From: Candidatus Omnitrophota bacterium
GTDB taxonomy: Bacteria > Omnitrophota > Gorgyraeia > 2-01-FULL-45-10
Length of the DNA: 64,000 nucleotides
Reading direction: 5' to 3'
Assembly (NCBI GenBank): GCA_041648975.1
Contig: JBAZNZ010000003.1
Location: forward strand, 9,664 to 73,663
Shown here: positions 18,056 through 27,403 of the stretch, in pieces
How positions within the stretch are numbered: position 1 is the first letter of the stretch
Layout: every line of letters begins with the position of its first letter
Notes under the pieces: generated by a model
The model's database searches: none
What the model was told of the DNA's origin: nothing
The model's input: only the letters and a program-made list of their open reading frames with translations
Made by a program: the position numbers and the translations under genes

Positions 18056-19543
18056 ATGAAAAAGATGCTTAAAGCGACGGCTACGGCAAGCTCGATAACC
18101 GTATCCAATATCTTTACGGCGCTGGTTAGGTCCAAGTTTACGGCTGTTGTTCTCGGAACCTCGGGCGTAGGGCTTTTTTCCCAGGCGTTCAATCTGTTGA
18201 ACTTTTCCATAACGGTAGCGTCTCTGGGCATAGGCAGGGGAGTCACTAAGTACGTTTCCACATTTTCCGCGCAGGATAAGGAAGAAAAGACGTCGTATAC
18301 GATCTCTTTCGCGGTTATGACGCAGCTTGCGGCTACGGTGGCGCTGGCTGTTTTGATGATCGTTTTTTCCGGTTTTGTATCGCGCTACCTATTCCTTTCG
18401 GAAAGTTATTCGAGACTTGTGCTTTTTCTTGCGGTAAGCATCCCTCTGATAGTCTTATCCGGCACGTTTGAGGCGGTGCTTGTAGGATTTGGCCACTATA
18501 AAAATTTTACGTATGGCAGGGTTGCGGCGGCCCTTATTTCTCTTGTGCCGTTATTCGGCTTCATATATTTCATGGGATTCAGGGGGACATTCCCGTATCT
18601 TTTAGCCAGTTCCCTTATAGCGTTCGGCATAGGATACTACCTGATATACCGCAAAGTGCCGAGGGAGGTGTTCGCCTCTATATTTGATTTCCGTAATTTA
18701 ATAAAGAGGTACGATAAGGGCTTGAGCCGGATGATCCTGTCATACGGCGCGACGTCTTTTATTACGGGAGGGCTGGGGCTTTTTTGCGTAGTCTTCTTAA
18801 GGACTATACTCATTAACTATTTCGGCCCTGAAGCAAACGGCCTTTATCAGGTCGTATTCGCCATGTCCGCGAACTACCTGACGCTCTTTACCAACGGGAT
18901 ATGGGCCTACTTTTTCCCCAAGGTCTCTTCTCTGTCCGCCGGCCCGGACAAGCAGGAGTATATGAATGAATTGAATAACGCTTTGAGGTTCTGCCTTGTC
19001 GGGGTTATCCCGTTCGCCGTATGCTTATATATTTTGCGCGATGTTGTCATAAGGGTAGTATTCTCGGTGAAATTCCTTCCGGCCGCGGACCTTTTTTCTA
19101 CACAGCTTGCGGGAGACATGTTCTACCTGATCTTTTATCTGTTATGCGCATCGCTATTGGCCAGGGAGAAATTGAAGATGTACCTGGGCATAGGGCTCGT
19201 ATACAACGCCTGCCTTGTCGTGGTATTTCTATGTGCCGCAGGGCATATGGGCTTGAGGGCTATTACCTTCTCGTATATGGTCTCAAACATGGCCGCAGCT
19301 CTTATCCTCGTGTTTTATCACAGCAGGGTCCTGGGCGTAAAAATATCTCATGATAATTTGAAATTGGCCGTTAAGGGCGCGCTGGTGCTGGGGGCGGTAT
19401 TTTTCACCGGCGACTTCGGAATTTTGGGCGCTCTTCTCAAGACAGTCTTTACCGCGGTATGCATCTATTTCATATTGACGGAACATGAAAGAGGAAAGGT
19501 GTTCGGATATATAAGGTCCAAATTGAGCTATGGCAGAAGATAA
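18056..19543 (+). CDS. Wzx-type oligosaccharide flippase (MOP superfamily polysaccharide biosynthesis protein)
   Basis: 495 aa with about 12-14 transmembrane helices. AAGGCGG Shine-Dalgarno. Sits in a glycosyltransferase block. Confidence 0.7.
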   Translation: MKKMLKATATASSITVSNIFTALVRSKFTAVVLGTSGVGLFSQAFNLLNFSITVASLGIGRGVTKYVSTFSAQDKEEKTSYTISFAVMTQLAATVALAVLMIVFSGFVSRYLFLSESYSRLVLFLAVSIPLIVLSGTFEAVLVGFGHYKNFTYGRVAAALISLVPLFGFIYFMGFRGTFPYLLASSLIAFGIGYYLIYRKVPREVFASIFDFRNLIKRYDKGLSRMILSYGATSFITGGLGLFCVVFLRTILINYFGPEANGLYQVVFAMSANYLTLFTNGIWAYFFPKVSSLSAGPDKQEYMNELNNALRFCLVGVIPFAVCLYILRDVVIRVVFSVKFLPAADLFSTQLAGDMFYLIFYLLCASLLAREKLKMYLGIGLVYNACLVVVFLCAAGHMGLRAITFSYMVSNMAAALILVFYHSRVLGVKISHDNLKLAVKGALVLGAVFFTGDFGILGALLKTVFTAVCIYFILTEHERGKVFGYIRSKLSYGRR

Positions 19544-20495
19544 GATAAGTCTTATTATACCGATGCGGGACGAAGAGGGCTCGGCAAACGCTTTGCTGGC
19601 ATCGGTGTTCGAACAGAGCCGGATACCTGATGAAGTTGTAATTGCGGACGGCGGGTCGACCGACAGGACGCCGGAGATAGTGCGGTCTTTTATAGATAAG
19701 GGATATCCGGTAAATTTTATAAAGTCGGGCGACGCTTATCCGGGGAAGGCCAGGAATATCGCGATAGAGGCGTCGCGCAATGAGCTCATAGCGATGACCG
19801 ACGCGGGTATCACGGTCGATAAGGCGTGGCTTGAGAATCTATACAAAAAGATTAAGGAAGACGCTTCCGTAGATGTCGTATATGGAGTATTTGAGCCAAA
19901 AAAAGACACGATCTTTAAACGGTATTCCTCTATAGCGTTCGTGCCGCCGAAGAGGCACGTTGACGGCAGGCAGATGAGGACGTTCTTCCTTGCCTCTATG
20001 CTGCTTAAGAAGCGCGTCTGGAGGGACATCGGAGGATTGCCGGAAGACCTGAGGTCAGCGGAAGACAGGATATTCATGGAAGAGATAAAAGCGAAGGGAT
20101 ATAAGACGCTCTTCGCTCCCGACGCGCTTGTGACTTGGGACATACCGAGGGGGCCGAAAGAATTATTCGGCAGGTTTTTTCTCTATTCGTATCACGGCGC
20201 GCGGGCCGGAAGGATGAAGGATTGGCATATACCGGTGATCCGGATATATTCCGTTCTCTTGCTCATGGCCGCTATGGGGATAGTCATTTCGCCGCTCTTT
20301 TTTTACGCGCCTCTATTGCTTCTCATGGCAAGAGCTTTCGGGCTTATCCTGGAGAGGGAAGAGGGCGGGCTTTGGCATAAGCTAGATCCTATGCAATTCG
20401 CCGTGGTATTTTTCTGCATGCTTCTTATAGATGCAGCCATGTTCTCAGGCATGGTGAAGTATTTCTTAATAAATAGGAAAGAAAGATGCGCATAA
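19530..20495 (+). CDS. Glycosyltransferase family 2 with C-terminal membrane helices
   Basis: LIIPMRDEEG...VVIADGGSTDRT. Confidence 0.8.
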   Translation: MAEDKISLIIPMRDEEGSANALLASVFEQSRIPDEVVIADGGSTDRTPEIVRSFIDKGYPVNFIKSGDAYPGKARNIAIEASRNELIAMTDAGITVDKAWLENLYKKIKEDASVDVVYGVFEPKKDTIFKRYSSIAFVPPKRHVDGRQMRTFFLASMLLKKRVWRDIGGLPEDLRSAEDRIFMEEIKAKGYKTLFAPDALVTWDIPRGPKELFGRFFLYSYHGARAGRMKDWHIPVIRIYSVLLLMAAMGIVISPLFFYAPLLLLMARAFGLILEREEGGLWHKLDPMQFAVVFFCMLLIDAAMFSGMVKYFLINRKERCA

Positions 20496-23191
20496 CTTTA
20501 ATATATCCGCTGTTATCAAGAAGGCGCGCCTCTGTAGACGAGAATAAGCAGTTCTGGCCGCCGCTGGGTTTGGCATATCTTGCCTCTGTGCTCGAAGACG
20601 CCGGACACAGCGTCCAGATAATAGACAGGGATATAGTGTTGAGGCAGAACTCTCTCGATTTTGGGAAAACAGATCTTATAATGATAGACAGGATAGGGCA
20701 ATTCCGCTCGGATATGGTGGGGATAAGCGCAACGACCCCTAATATGCCGGACGTCGACCATATTTCAGGCGTTATAAAGAAGAACAGGGATATACCGATA
20801 GTTTTGGGCGGCACCCACGCGACAGGCGAGCCCGAGCTTTCCATAGAGGAGTTGAAGAATGTGGATCTCGTCGCCCGCGGCGAAGGTGAGAATATCGTTG
20901 TAAGCCTGGCAAATGGGTTAAATTGGCAGGATATAAATGGACTGACGTTCAGGAAAGGAGCCGATATTATATCGACGCCTGACGCCGAGCCGATATCCGA
21001 CCTGGACAAATTGCCTCTTCCCGCAAGACATCTTCTCGAGATGTCTTATTACACAAGGCCAAGCAGGTTCACGAGCAGGAACCTGAGCCTTAGGACTACT
21101 TCGATATTTACGGCCAGAGGATGCCCGTATAGATGTAATTTCTGCGCGGGGCCGCTGATATTCAACGGAAAGGTCAGGTATCATTCGCCTGAAAGGGTGG
21201 TAAAGGAGGCCGAGGAACTTGCAGACAGGTATGCTGTCGAAGCCTTATATTTTGCGGAGGATATGTTCCTGAGCAATAAGAAGAGGGCCGAAGAGGTGCT
21301 CAATCTTTTTATACAAAAGGGCCTCGACAAGAGGCTGCGGTGGGTCGCCCAGGCTAAGGCGAGCGTCATCACGGAAGACCTCCTGGCGTTCATGAAGAGG
21401 TCCGGGTGCATAGGCGTAGAATACGGGTTCGAATCCGGCTCGCAGCGCGTCCTGGATCTAATGAACAAAAAGATGAAAGTGGAAGAGAGTGTAATGGCCG
21501 CGAGCCTGGCGAAGAAGGCCGGCATGAGATTCCAGGCGAATATCATAGTGGGGTATCCGGGCGAAAAACCGGAAGACTTCAATATGACCATTAAGCTTAT
21601 CAAAAAGACCAGGCCTAACATGATCGGCTTTAACATATTTATGCCGCTTCCGGGAACACAGAGTTACAGAGACCTTAAAGCGGCTGGCAGGGAGCTGCCG
21701 GACTGGCAGGATGTCGGCGATCAGGAGAAGACTCAAGTCAATTACGCGGATATGGGTGAGGGCGTATTCGAAAAGATGTATCTAAGGGCCAGATTCACGA
21801 CGATATTGCCGATAAATTTTTATAATTTCGTAAAAGATAACATCGCCAACCCCGCCAGGCTTTTCAGTGTCCTCACTACGCAGTTCGGCGGGATAATGGT
21901 CAAAACCATGCGGGCGTTTCCGGCGATGCTCGGTGTTAAAAGACGGAAAACACGTGTTGTTTCCCGCATGAATATATTATTCCTGTCTTACAACGGACTT
22001 TTAGAGCCTATACTGCCATCCCAGGGTTTGTCTTATATGAAAGAGCTGAGCAAAAAAGGAGCGAGTTTTGTCCTGTTGACGTATGAGAAAGAGAAAGACC
22101 TGAGAAAGGCCGGAAGGAACGGAATAAAAGACCTGAAAGAGAGCCTTAAAAAAGAAGGTATAGAATGGCATATCCTGAGGTATCATAAATATCCACCGAT
22201 AATATCGACCGTATTCGATCTTACGATGGGCGTGTTATGGTCGTATTTTTTAATGATAGCGAATAATATCAGAGTGGTCCATGTTAGGGGCGTTACGCCC
22301 GGTTTTATCGCGCTCGCCCTGTCCCATATCAGGAAGATTAAAATAATTTTCGATATGAGGGGTTTCCTGGCGGAAGAATATGCCGCCGGCGGGATATGGA
22401 AAGAGGGAAGCGTTATCTATAATATGGTAAAGCGTCTCGAGAAGAATCTTTTAAAACGCGCCGACGCCGTCACAGTTCTTACTAACAAGCACTATGAGTT
22501 TAACGGGGCTTCCGGTTCCGTGAAGCCGGGTTCAAAACCTATGGAGGTCGTGCCATGCTGCGTAGACCTCGGTCGATTCAAACCGGACGCCGCGGAGGCT
22601 AAGCGTATCAGAAAAGAGACCGGCATCGGCAGCCGGTTCGTCTTCATGTATCCCGGTAAGATAGGGACGTTCTATCTTATGGACGAAATGATGGAGTTCT
22701 TTAAGTGCGCCAAAGCACTTATACCCGAAAGCCTGTTTTTAGTATTGACCAAAGACGCCAAGGAGCTTATCGCCGCGTCGGCAAAAGACCACGGTATAGA
22801 TCCGCAGGACATCAGGATAATGACCGCTGAATTTGATGAGATGCCCAAATATCTTAATCTTGCCGACGCCGGGATATTTTTCATCAACCCGTACAAAAAA
22901 ACAGGATCGTCGCCTATAAAGATGGGAGAGTTCCTTTCTTCCGGTATCCCGGTTATAATAAATCCGGGGGTCGGCGATACCGAGGAGATAGTCAGGTCGA
23001 ACCGCGTCGGTGTAGTCGTTGATAAATTCGACAGTGAACATTATGTAAGAGGGGTCAAAGAAATAACGGACCTCCTCGCCGGGGACGGCGGACTGAAAGA
23101 ACGGTGCAGGGACACTGCAAGAAGTTATTTATCGCTGGAAGAAGGCGTTAATAAATATTACAAAATATACGAAAGCCTGATCAAGGTATGA
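20486..23191 (+). CDS. Fusion protein: N-terminal B12-binding radical SAM domain (copy 3, about aa 1-480) plus C-terminal GT4 glycosyltransferase domain (about aa 495-901)
   Basis: MRITLIYPLL and RGCPYRCNFCAGP in the N-terminal half. In-frame continuation through MNILFLSYNGLLEPILPSQGLSY...glycos_transf_1 region GIPVIINPGVGDTEEIV. No stop codon between the domains. Confidence 0.8.
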   Translation: MRITLIYPLLSRRRASVDENKQFWPPLGLAYLASVLEDAGHSVQIIDRDIVLRQNSLDFGKTDLIMIDRIGQFRSDMVGISATTPNMPDVDHISGVIKKNRDIPIVLGGTHATGEPELSIEELKNVDLVARGEGENIVVSLANGLNWQDINGLTFRKGADIISTPDAEPISDLDKLPLPARHLLEMSYYTRPSRFTSRNLSLRTTSIFTARGCPYRCNFCAGPLIFNGKVRYHSPERVVKEAEELADRYAVEALYFAEDMFLSNKKRAEEVLNLFIQKGLDKRLRWVAQAKASVITEDLLAFMKRSGCIGVEYGFESGSQRVLDLMNKKMKVEESVMAASLAKKAGMRFQANIIVGYPGEKPEDFNMTIKLIKKTRPNMIGFNIFMPLPGTQSYRDLKAAGRELPDWQDVGDQEKTQVNYADMGEGVFEKMYLRARFTTILPINFYNFVKDNIANPARLFSVLTTQFGGIMVKTMRAFPAMLGVKRRKTRVVSRMNILFLSYNGLLEPILPSQGLSYMKELSKKGASFVLLTYEKEKDLRKAGRNGIKDLKESLKKEGIEWHILRYHKYPPIISTVFDLTMGVLWSYFLMIANNIRVVHVRGVTPGFIALALSHIRKIKIIFDMRGFLAEEYAAGGIWKEGSVIYNMVKRLEKNLLKRADAVTVLTNKHYEFNGASGSVKPGSKPMEVVPCCVDLGRFKPDAAEAKRIRKETGIGSRFVFMYPGKIGTFYLMDEMMEFFKCAKALIPESLFLVLTKDAKELIAASAKDHGIDPQDIRIMTAEFDEMPKYLNLADAGIFFINPYKKTGSSPIKMGEFLSSGIPVIINPGVGDTEEIVRSNRVGVVVDKFDSEHYVRGVKEITDLLAGDGGLKERCRDTARSYLSLEEGVNKYYKIYESLIKV

Positions 23192-24267
23192 AAGTGTTAT
23201 TTATAGTTCCGTATCCGAACGAAGGCGCCTCTAACCGTCTCAGGGTGGAGCAGTTCCTGCCGTATTTAAGAGCGAACGGCATAGAATATACCTTAAGGCC
23301 GTTTATCGGAAGGGGCTTTTACAGGATATTATACCTGCGTCATAAATACTTGAAGAAGATATTGTTCTTCATTTTTGCCACAGTGGCCAGGATCTCGGAC
23401 ATATTCAGGGCCATGGCGCATGATATAATATTTATTCACCGCGAGGCGTATCCATTCGGCCCGCCCGTATTCGAACATATATTCCGCTGTCTCGGCAAGC
23501 CGATCATATACGATTTCGACGACGCGATATTTTTGCGCAATACGAGCGGTATAAATAATTACATCGAGAGGTTTAAGAATCCGGGTAAGATATCGGGGAT
23601 AGTAAGCCTAAGCCGGTATGTCATAGCCGGCAACCGGTATCTTCGCGATTTCGCGGCTAGATTTAATATAAATGTTATAATAATACCCACCACCATAGAT
23701 ACCGATATGTACCGTCCGCCGGCCAGGCGGCCGGACAAAAAAGAAGTGGTCATAGGATGGATAGGGAGCAATACGACAAGAAGGTTCCTGCGGGATATGG
23801 AGGACGTATTCAAAGAATTGTCCGCCCGTTACGACAATCTGGTATTCAAGATCGTCGGCGGTTATCATCACTCCGAATTAAAGAACGTCGTGAATATTGA
23901 ATGGTCCATGGAAAGAGAGATAGAGCTCCTGGGGACATTCGATATCGGCATAATGCCGATGCCGGACGATGAATGGACGCGCGGGAAGTGCGCTTTCAAG
24001 GCGATACTGTATATGGCATGCGGTATCGTGCCGGTCTGCTCTCCCGTTGGGGTGAATACGGAGGTCGTGCAGGACGGGGTGAACGGTTACCTGGCCAACG
24101 ACAAGAGCGAATGGGTCGGGAAACTATCGGCCCTCATAGAGGATAGGGGCCTGAGGGAAAGGATGGCCGCCTCGGCCAGGGCCCTTGTGGAAAAAAAATA
24201 TTCGGTGAAAACTTATGAGCCGGTTTTTCTCAGGACATTGAGAGCGGCGGGAAGTGAAAATGGCTAG
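23188..24267 (+). CDS. Glycosyltransferase family 4
   Basis: MKVLFIVPYPNEGASNRL, IGWIGSNT, CGIVPVCSPVGVNTEVV. Confidence 0.8.
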   Translation: MKVLFIVPYPNEGASNRLRVEQFLPYLRANGIEYTLRPFIGRGFYRILYLRHKYLKKILFFIFATVARISDIFRAMAHDIIFIHREAYPFGPPVFEHIFRCLGKPIIYDFDDAIFLRNTSGINNYIERFKNPGKISGIVSLSRYVIAGNRYLRDFAARFNINVIIIPTTIDTDMYRPPARRPDKKEVVIGWIGSNTTRRFLRDMEDVFKELSARYDNLVFKIVGGYHHSELKNVVNIEWSMEREIELLGTFDIGIMPMPDDEWTRGKCAFKAILYMACGIVPVCSPVGVNTEVVQDGVNGYLANDKSEWVGKLSALIEDRGLRERMAASARALVEKKYSVKTYEPVFLRTLRAAGSENG

Positions 24268-25681
24268 GATAGCGTTCCTTCAGCATATATGGTACGAGAC
24301 AATGGGCCCCATGTATCTCTCGGCGTCGGTCAAGGCCCGCGGCCACGAATGCGAAATGTTCATAGGCAGGGAGGACAGGATACTGGATGAGATCACGCGT
24401 TACAGGCCGGACATAGCGTGCTTTTCCGTCATGACGGCGCAGTTTCCCTGGGCCATAGCCCTGGCCGAGAAGATAAAGAGAAGTAACAGCGATATCGTCG
24501 TAGCTTTCGGCGGCGCGCATCCGACATTTTTCCCTGAAATGATAGAAGAGAAATCTGTCGATGTGATATGCGTCGGAGAAGGTGAACTCGCTTTGTCGGA
24601 GCTTGCCGACGCCCTAGACGCCGGGAAGGATATCACGGCTATAAAGAACCTGCATGTAAAACCAGGGGGCAGGGTCTATAAAAACGAGGTCAGGGACTTC
24701 GTGTCCGATATCGATACCCTGCCGCCGCCTGACAGGGCGCTCTACTACAAGTATCCTTTTCTGGCGAAAAGCCCTGAGAAATCGTTCATGTGCGGCAGGG
24801 GATGCCCTTATAACTGCACCTTCTGTTTCAACCATATATACATGCGTCTTTACAAGGACAAGGGGCCGTTCGTAAGATATCGGAAGGTGGAGAGCGTGAT
24901 CAGGGAGCTTATCGATGTGAAGAGTAAATACGGCCTTGAGCTCGTATACTTCCAGGACGACACATGGGTGCTTAACAAAAAATGGCTGTATGAATTCCTG
25001 CCGCGATATAAAAAAGAGGTGAGGCTTCCCTTCATAGCTTATGTGCGGGGCAATATGGTCGATGATGAACTCGCTTTCAAGCTAAAGGATGCGGGCTGCA
25101 GGGTGGTCGATATGGGGGTCGAGACCGGTGATGAGGCGCGCCGCAACGCGATACTGAAAAAAGGGATAACGGATTTCGATCTGGAGAACGCGGCCCGGTT
25201 ATTCCGGAAGCACAAACTTATGTTCAGGACCACAAATATGCTGGGCCTGCCGGGAGAGACGATTGACCAAGCGCTGAGGACCCTCGATGTCAACATTAAA
25301 CTCAGGCCGAATTTCAGCTGGTGCTCGATATTCCAGCCGTTCCCAAAACTCGAGCTTACGGATATGGCCATAGCAGAGGGGTATATTCCTAAGGATGGGA
25401 GTCTGAAGATAGGGGGGTCATACAAAACGAGCCTTCTGAATATGCCGGACATAAAACGCATCGTAAACCTCCAAAAATTCTTCATAATAACGGTCAAGTA
25501 TCCGTCGCTGTCGCCGCTGGTCAAAATATTGATACGGTTTCCAAATAATGCCCTGTATGATGTTATCGGATTTTTATGCTACGCTTTCATGTATTACAGA
25601 TACACGGGCACAAGTTTCATAAGGCTTCTAAGGGAAGCGGTCAGGATGTTCTCGGAAAAAAGCTATGAACATGTATCATAG
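24260..25681 (+). CDS. B12-binding radical SAM protein, copy 4
   Basis: CGRGCPYNCTFCFNH. GTG 24254 / ATG 24260 start with 8-nt overlap of the upstream stop. Confidence 0.85.
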   Translation: MARIAFLQHIWYETMGPMYLSASVKARGHECEMFIGREDRILDEITRYRPDIACFSVMTAQFPWAIALAEKIKRSNSDIVVAFGGAHPTFFPEMIEEKSVDVICVGEGELALSELADALDAGKDITAIKNLHVKPGGRVYKNEVRDFVSDIDTLPPPDRALYYKYPFLAKSPEKSFMCGRGCPYNCTFCFNHIYMRLYKDKGPFVRYRKVESVIRELIDVKSKYGLELVYFQDDTWVLNKKWLYEFLPRYKKEVRLPFIAYVRGNMVDDELAFKLKDAGCRVVDMGVETGDEARRNAILKKGITDFDLENAARLFRKHKLMFRTTNMLGLPGETIDQALRTLDVNIKLRPNFSWCSIFQPFPKLELTDMAIAEGYIPKDGSLKIGGSYKTSLLNMPDIKRIVNLQKFFIITVKYPSLSPLVKILIRFPNNALYDVIGFLCYAFMYYRYTGTSFIRLLREAVRMFSEKSYEHVS

Positions 25682-25693
25682 CGGAAGACGGCA

Positions 25694-26665
25694 ATGATCG
25701 TAAAGACATACAGGTTAAAAGACAGAGGGGCCGCCGGCCAGGATATCTCGTCCTGGACAGAGGATTGGGATAAGGTGCAAAACCTGGCCCGGGGCGCGGA
25801 AGGCACAGACCGAAACCACCTCTCTTTCTTCCTGAAGAAATATTTTCCGCGCCCGCCCGCCAGGATACTCGACGGCGGATGCGGCACGGGCAGATATGTG
25901 ATATCGTACAGGTCAAAAGGATATGACATTACGGGGGTGGATTTCTCCGAGGAGACTATCAGGCGCATCAAGGCGGAGATGGGTGAGGATTATCCCGTCC
26001 AAACAGCTGATATAACGGCCCTTCCGTTCAAAGACGATGCGTTCGACTGCTATTTATCCGGCGGCGTAATGGAGCATTTCGAGGACGGCCCCGACAGGGC
26101 GCTTAGGGAAGCGCACAGGGTCCTGAAAAAAGGGAGCGGTATATTGCTTATGACCGTTCCTTATGTCAATGTCATTCGGAGGACACGGCTTTGTATTTCA
26201 GGCAAGAGGAAGGCCGGCGGACTTTTCCATAGAGTGGTTAAGAAGTGCGGTGTAGATACGGACAGCTGTCCGGGCCTATTATTTTGCGAATACGCTTTTG
26301 ACGCAGGCTCGATAAGTTTTTATCTTGAGAATAACGGGTTTAAAGTGAAGAAGGTCTACCCTACGGATTTTTTATGGGGTGAAATCGGTTCCCTGCTGCG
26401 CCGGTTTATGGTATCGCCACGCGCATCGTCGGGGACAGCGCCGCAGAAGACAGTATCCGCCGGCCAGATGGTAAGGGCCGGAATGGGACGTAATAATGCG
26501 ATAAGGGACACGATGTATGACCTGTTCGTTACGGAGAACAGAGAAAGATTGTTGTATAGATCGACGATCGGCAAGCTTAACCACCTGAGTGGTCATATGG
26601 TGCTCATAGTAGCCAGAGTTCTGCCGCGAACTGCGCAAGGAGAGGATGTCCATGAGCGAAAATAA
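25694..26665 (+). CDS. Class I SAM-dependent methyltransferase (type 11/12)
   Basis: ILDGGCGTGRYV motif I, GGVMEHFED post-I region. Confidence 0.8.
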   Translation: MIVKTYRLKDRGAAGQDISSWTEDWDKVQNLARGAEGTDRNHLSFFLKKYFPRPPARILDGGCGTGRYVISYRSKGYDITGVDFSEETIRRIKAEMGEDYPVQTADITALPFKDDAFDCYLSGGVMEHFEDGPDRALREAHRVLKKGSGILLMTVPYVNVIRRTRLCISGKRKAGGLFHRVVKKCGVDTDSCPGLLFCEYAFDAGSISFYLENNGFKVKKVYPTDFLWGEIGSLLRRFMVSPRASSGTAPQKTVSAGQMVRAGMGRNNAIRDTMYDLFVTENRERLLYRSTIGKLNHLSGHMVLIVARVLPRTAQGEDVHERK

Positions 26666-27401
26666 TAACGTAGATGTCAGCATAATCGTAGCCTGTTATA
26701 ATGACGCCCCTCATCTAAAGAACAATGTCGGCCAGATCATGGATATAATGGATACGACCAGATACTCATACGAGATCATATTTGTAGACGACAAGAGCCG
26801 CGATAATTCCAGGGATATGATAGATCAGATCATCGCCGAGCATCCCGGCCGGCGCCTGAGTAAAAAATTCCACGAACAGAATATGGGAAGAGGCCGCAGC
26901 GTTACCGACGGATTTATCGCCGCGAAAGGGAGGATCATGGGATATCTCGACATCGACCTCGAGATACACGCAAGGTATATACCTTCGGTGCTGCTCGAAA
27001 TAGAAAAAGGCGCCGACTTTGTCATTGCCAGAAGATTATTCGACCTCAATTATCATTCCATCGTACGGTTCATAGTGAGCAAGGGCTATATCAGGTTCTC
27101 CGGCATGGTCCTAGGCATGAAGGGGATAGATTCGGAAAGCGGGTTTAAGTTCTTTAACAGGAAGACGATGATGGGGGTAATAAATAGCGTCAAGGACGGC
27201 CACTGGTTCTGGGACACGGAGGTCGTCTGCCGGTCGAGACTCGCCGATAAAAAGATCATCGAGGTGCCGGCTCTATTTGTAAAATTACCGCACAAGCCCA
27301 GTACCGTAAGATTTTCAAAGGATATTGCCGATTATGTAATAAAGATATTCAAGTTCAGGCGGGAACTGCGGGAAGATATATGCAAAACAAAAGGGAGGTG
27401 A
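26646..27401 (+). CDS. GT2 polyprenyl-phosphate glycosyltransferase (Dpm1-like), second copy
   Basis: VSIIVACYNDAPHL...YEIIFVDDKSRDNS. Confidence 0.8.
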   Translation: MSMSENNNVDVSIIVACYNDAPHLKNNVGQIMDIMDTTRYSYEIIFVDDKSRDNSRDMIDQIIAEHPGRRLSKKFHEQNMGRGRSVTDGFIAAKGRIMGYLDIDLEIHARYIPSVLLEIEKGADFVIARRLFDLNYHSIVRFIVSKGYIRFSGMVLGMKGIDSESGFKFFNRKTMMGVINSVKDGHWFWDTEVVCRSRLADKKIIEVPALFVKLPHKPSTVRFSKDIADYVIKIFKFRRELREDICKTKGR

Positions 27402-27403
27402 AC

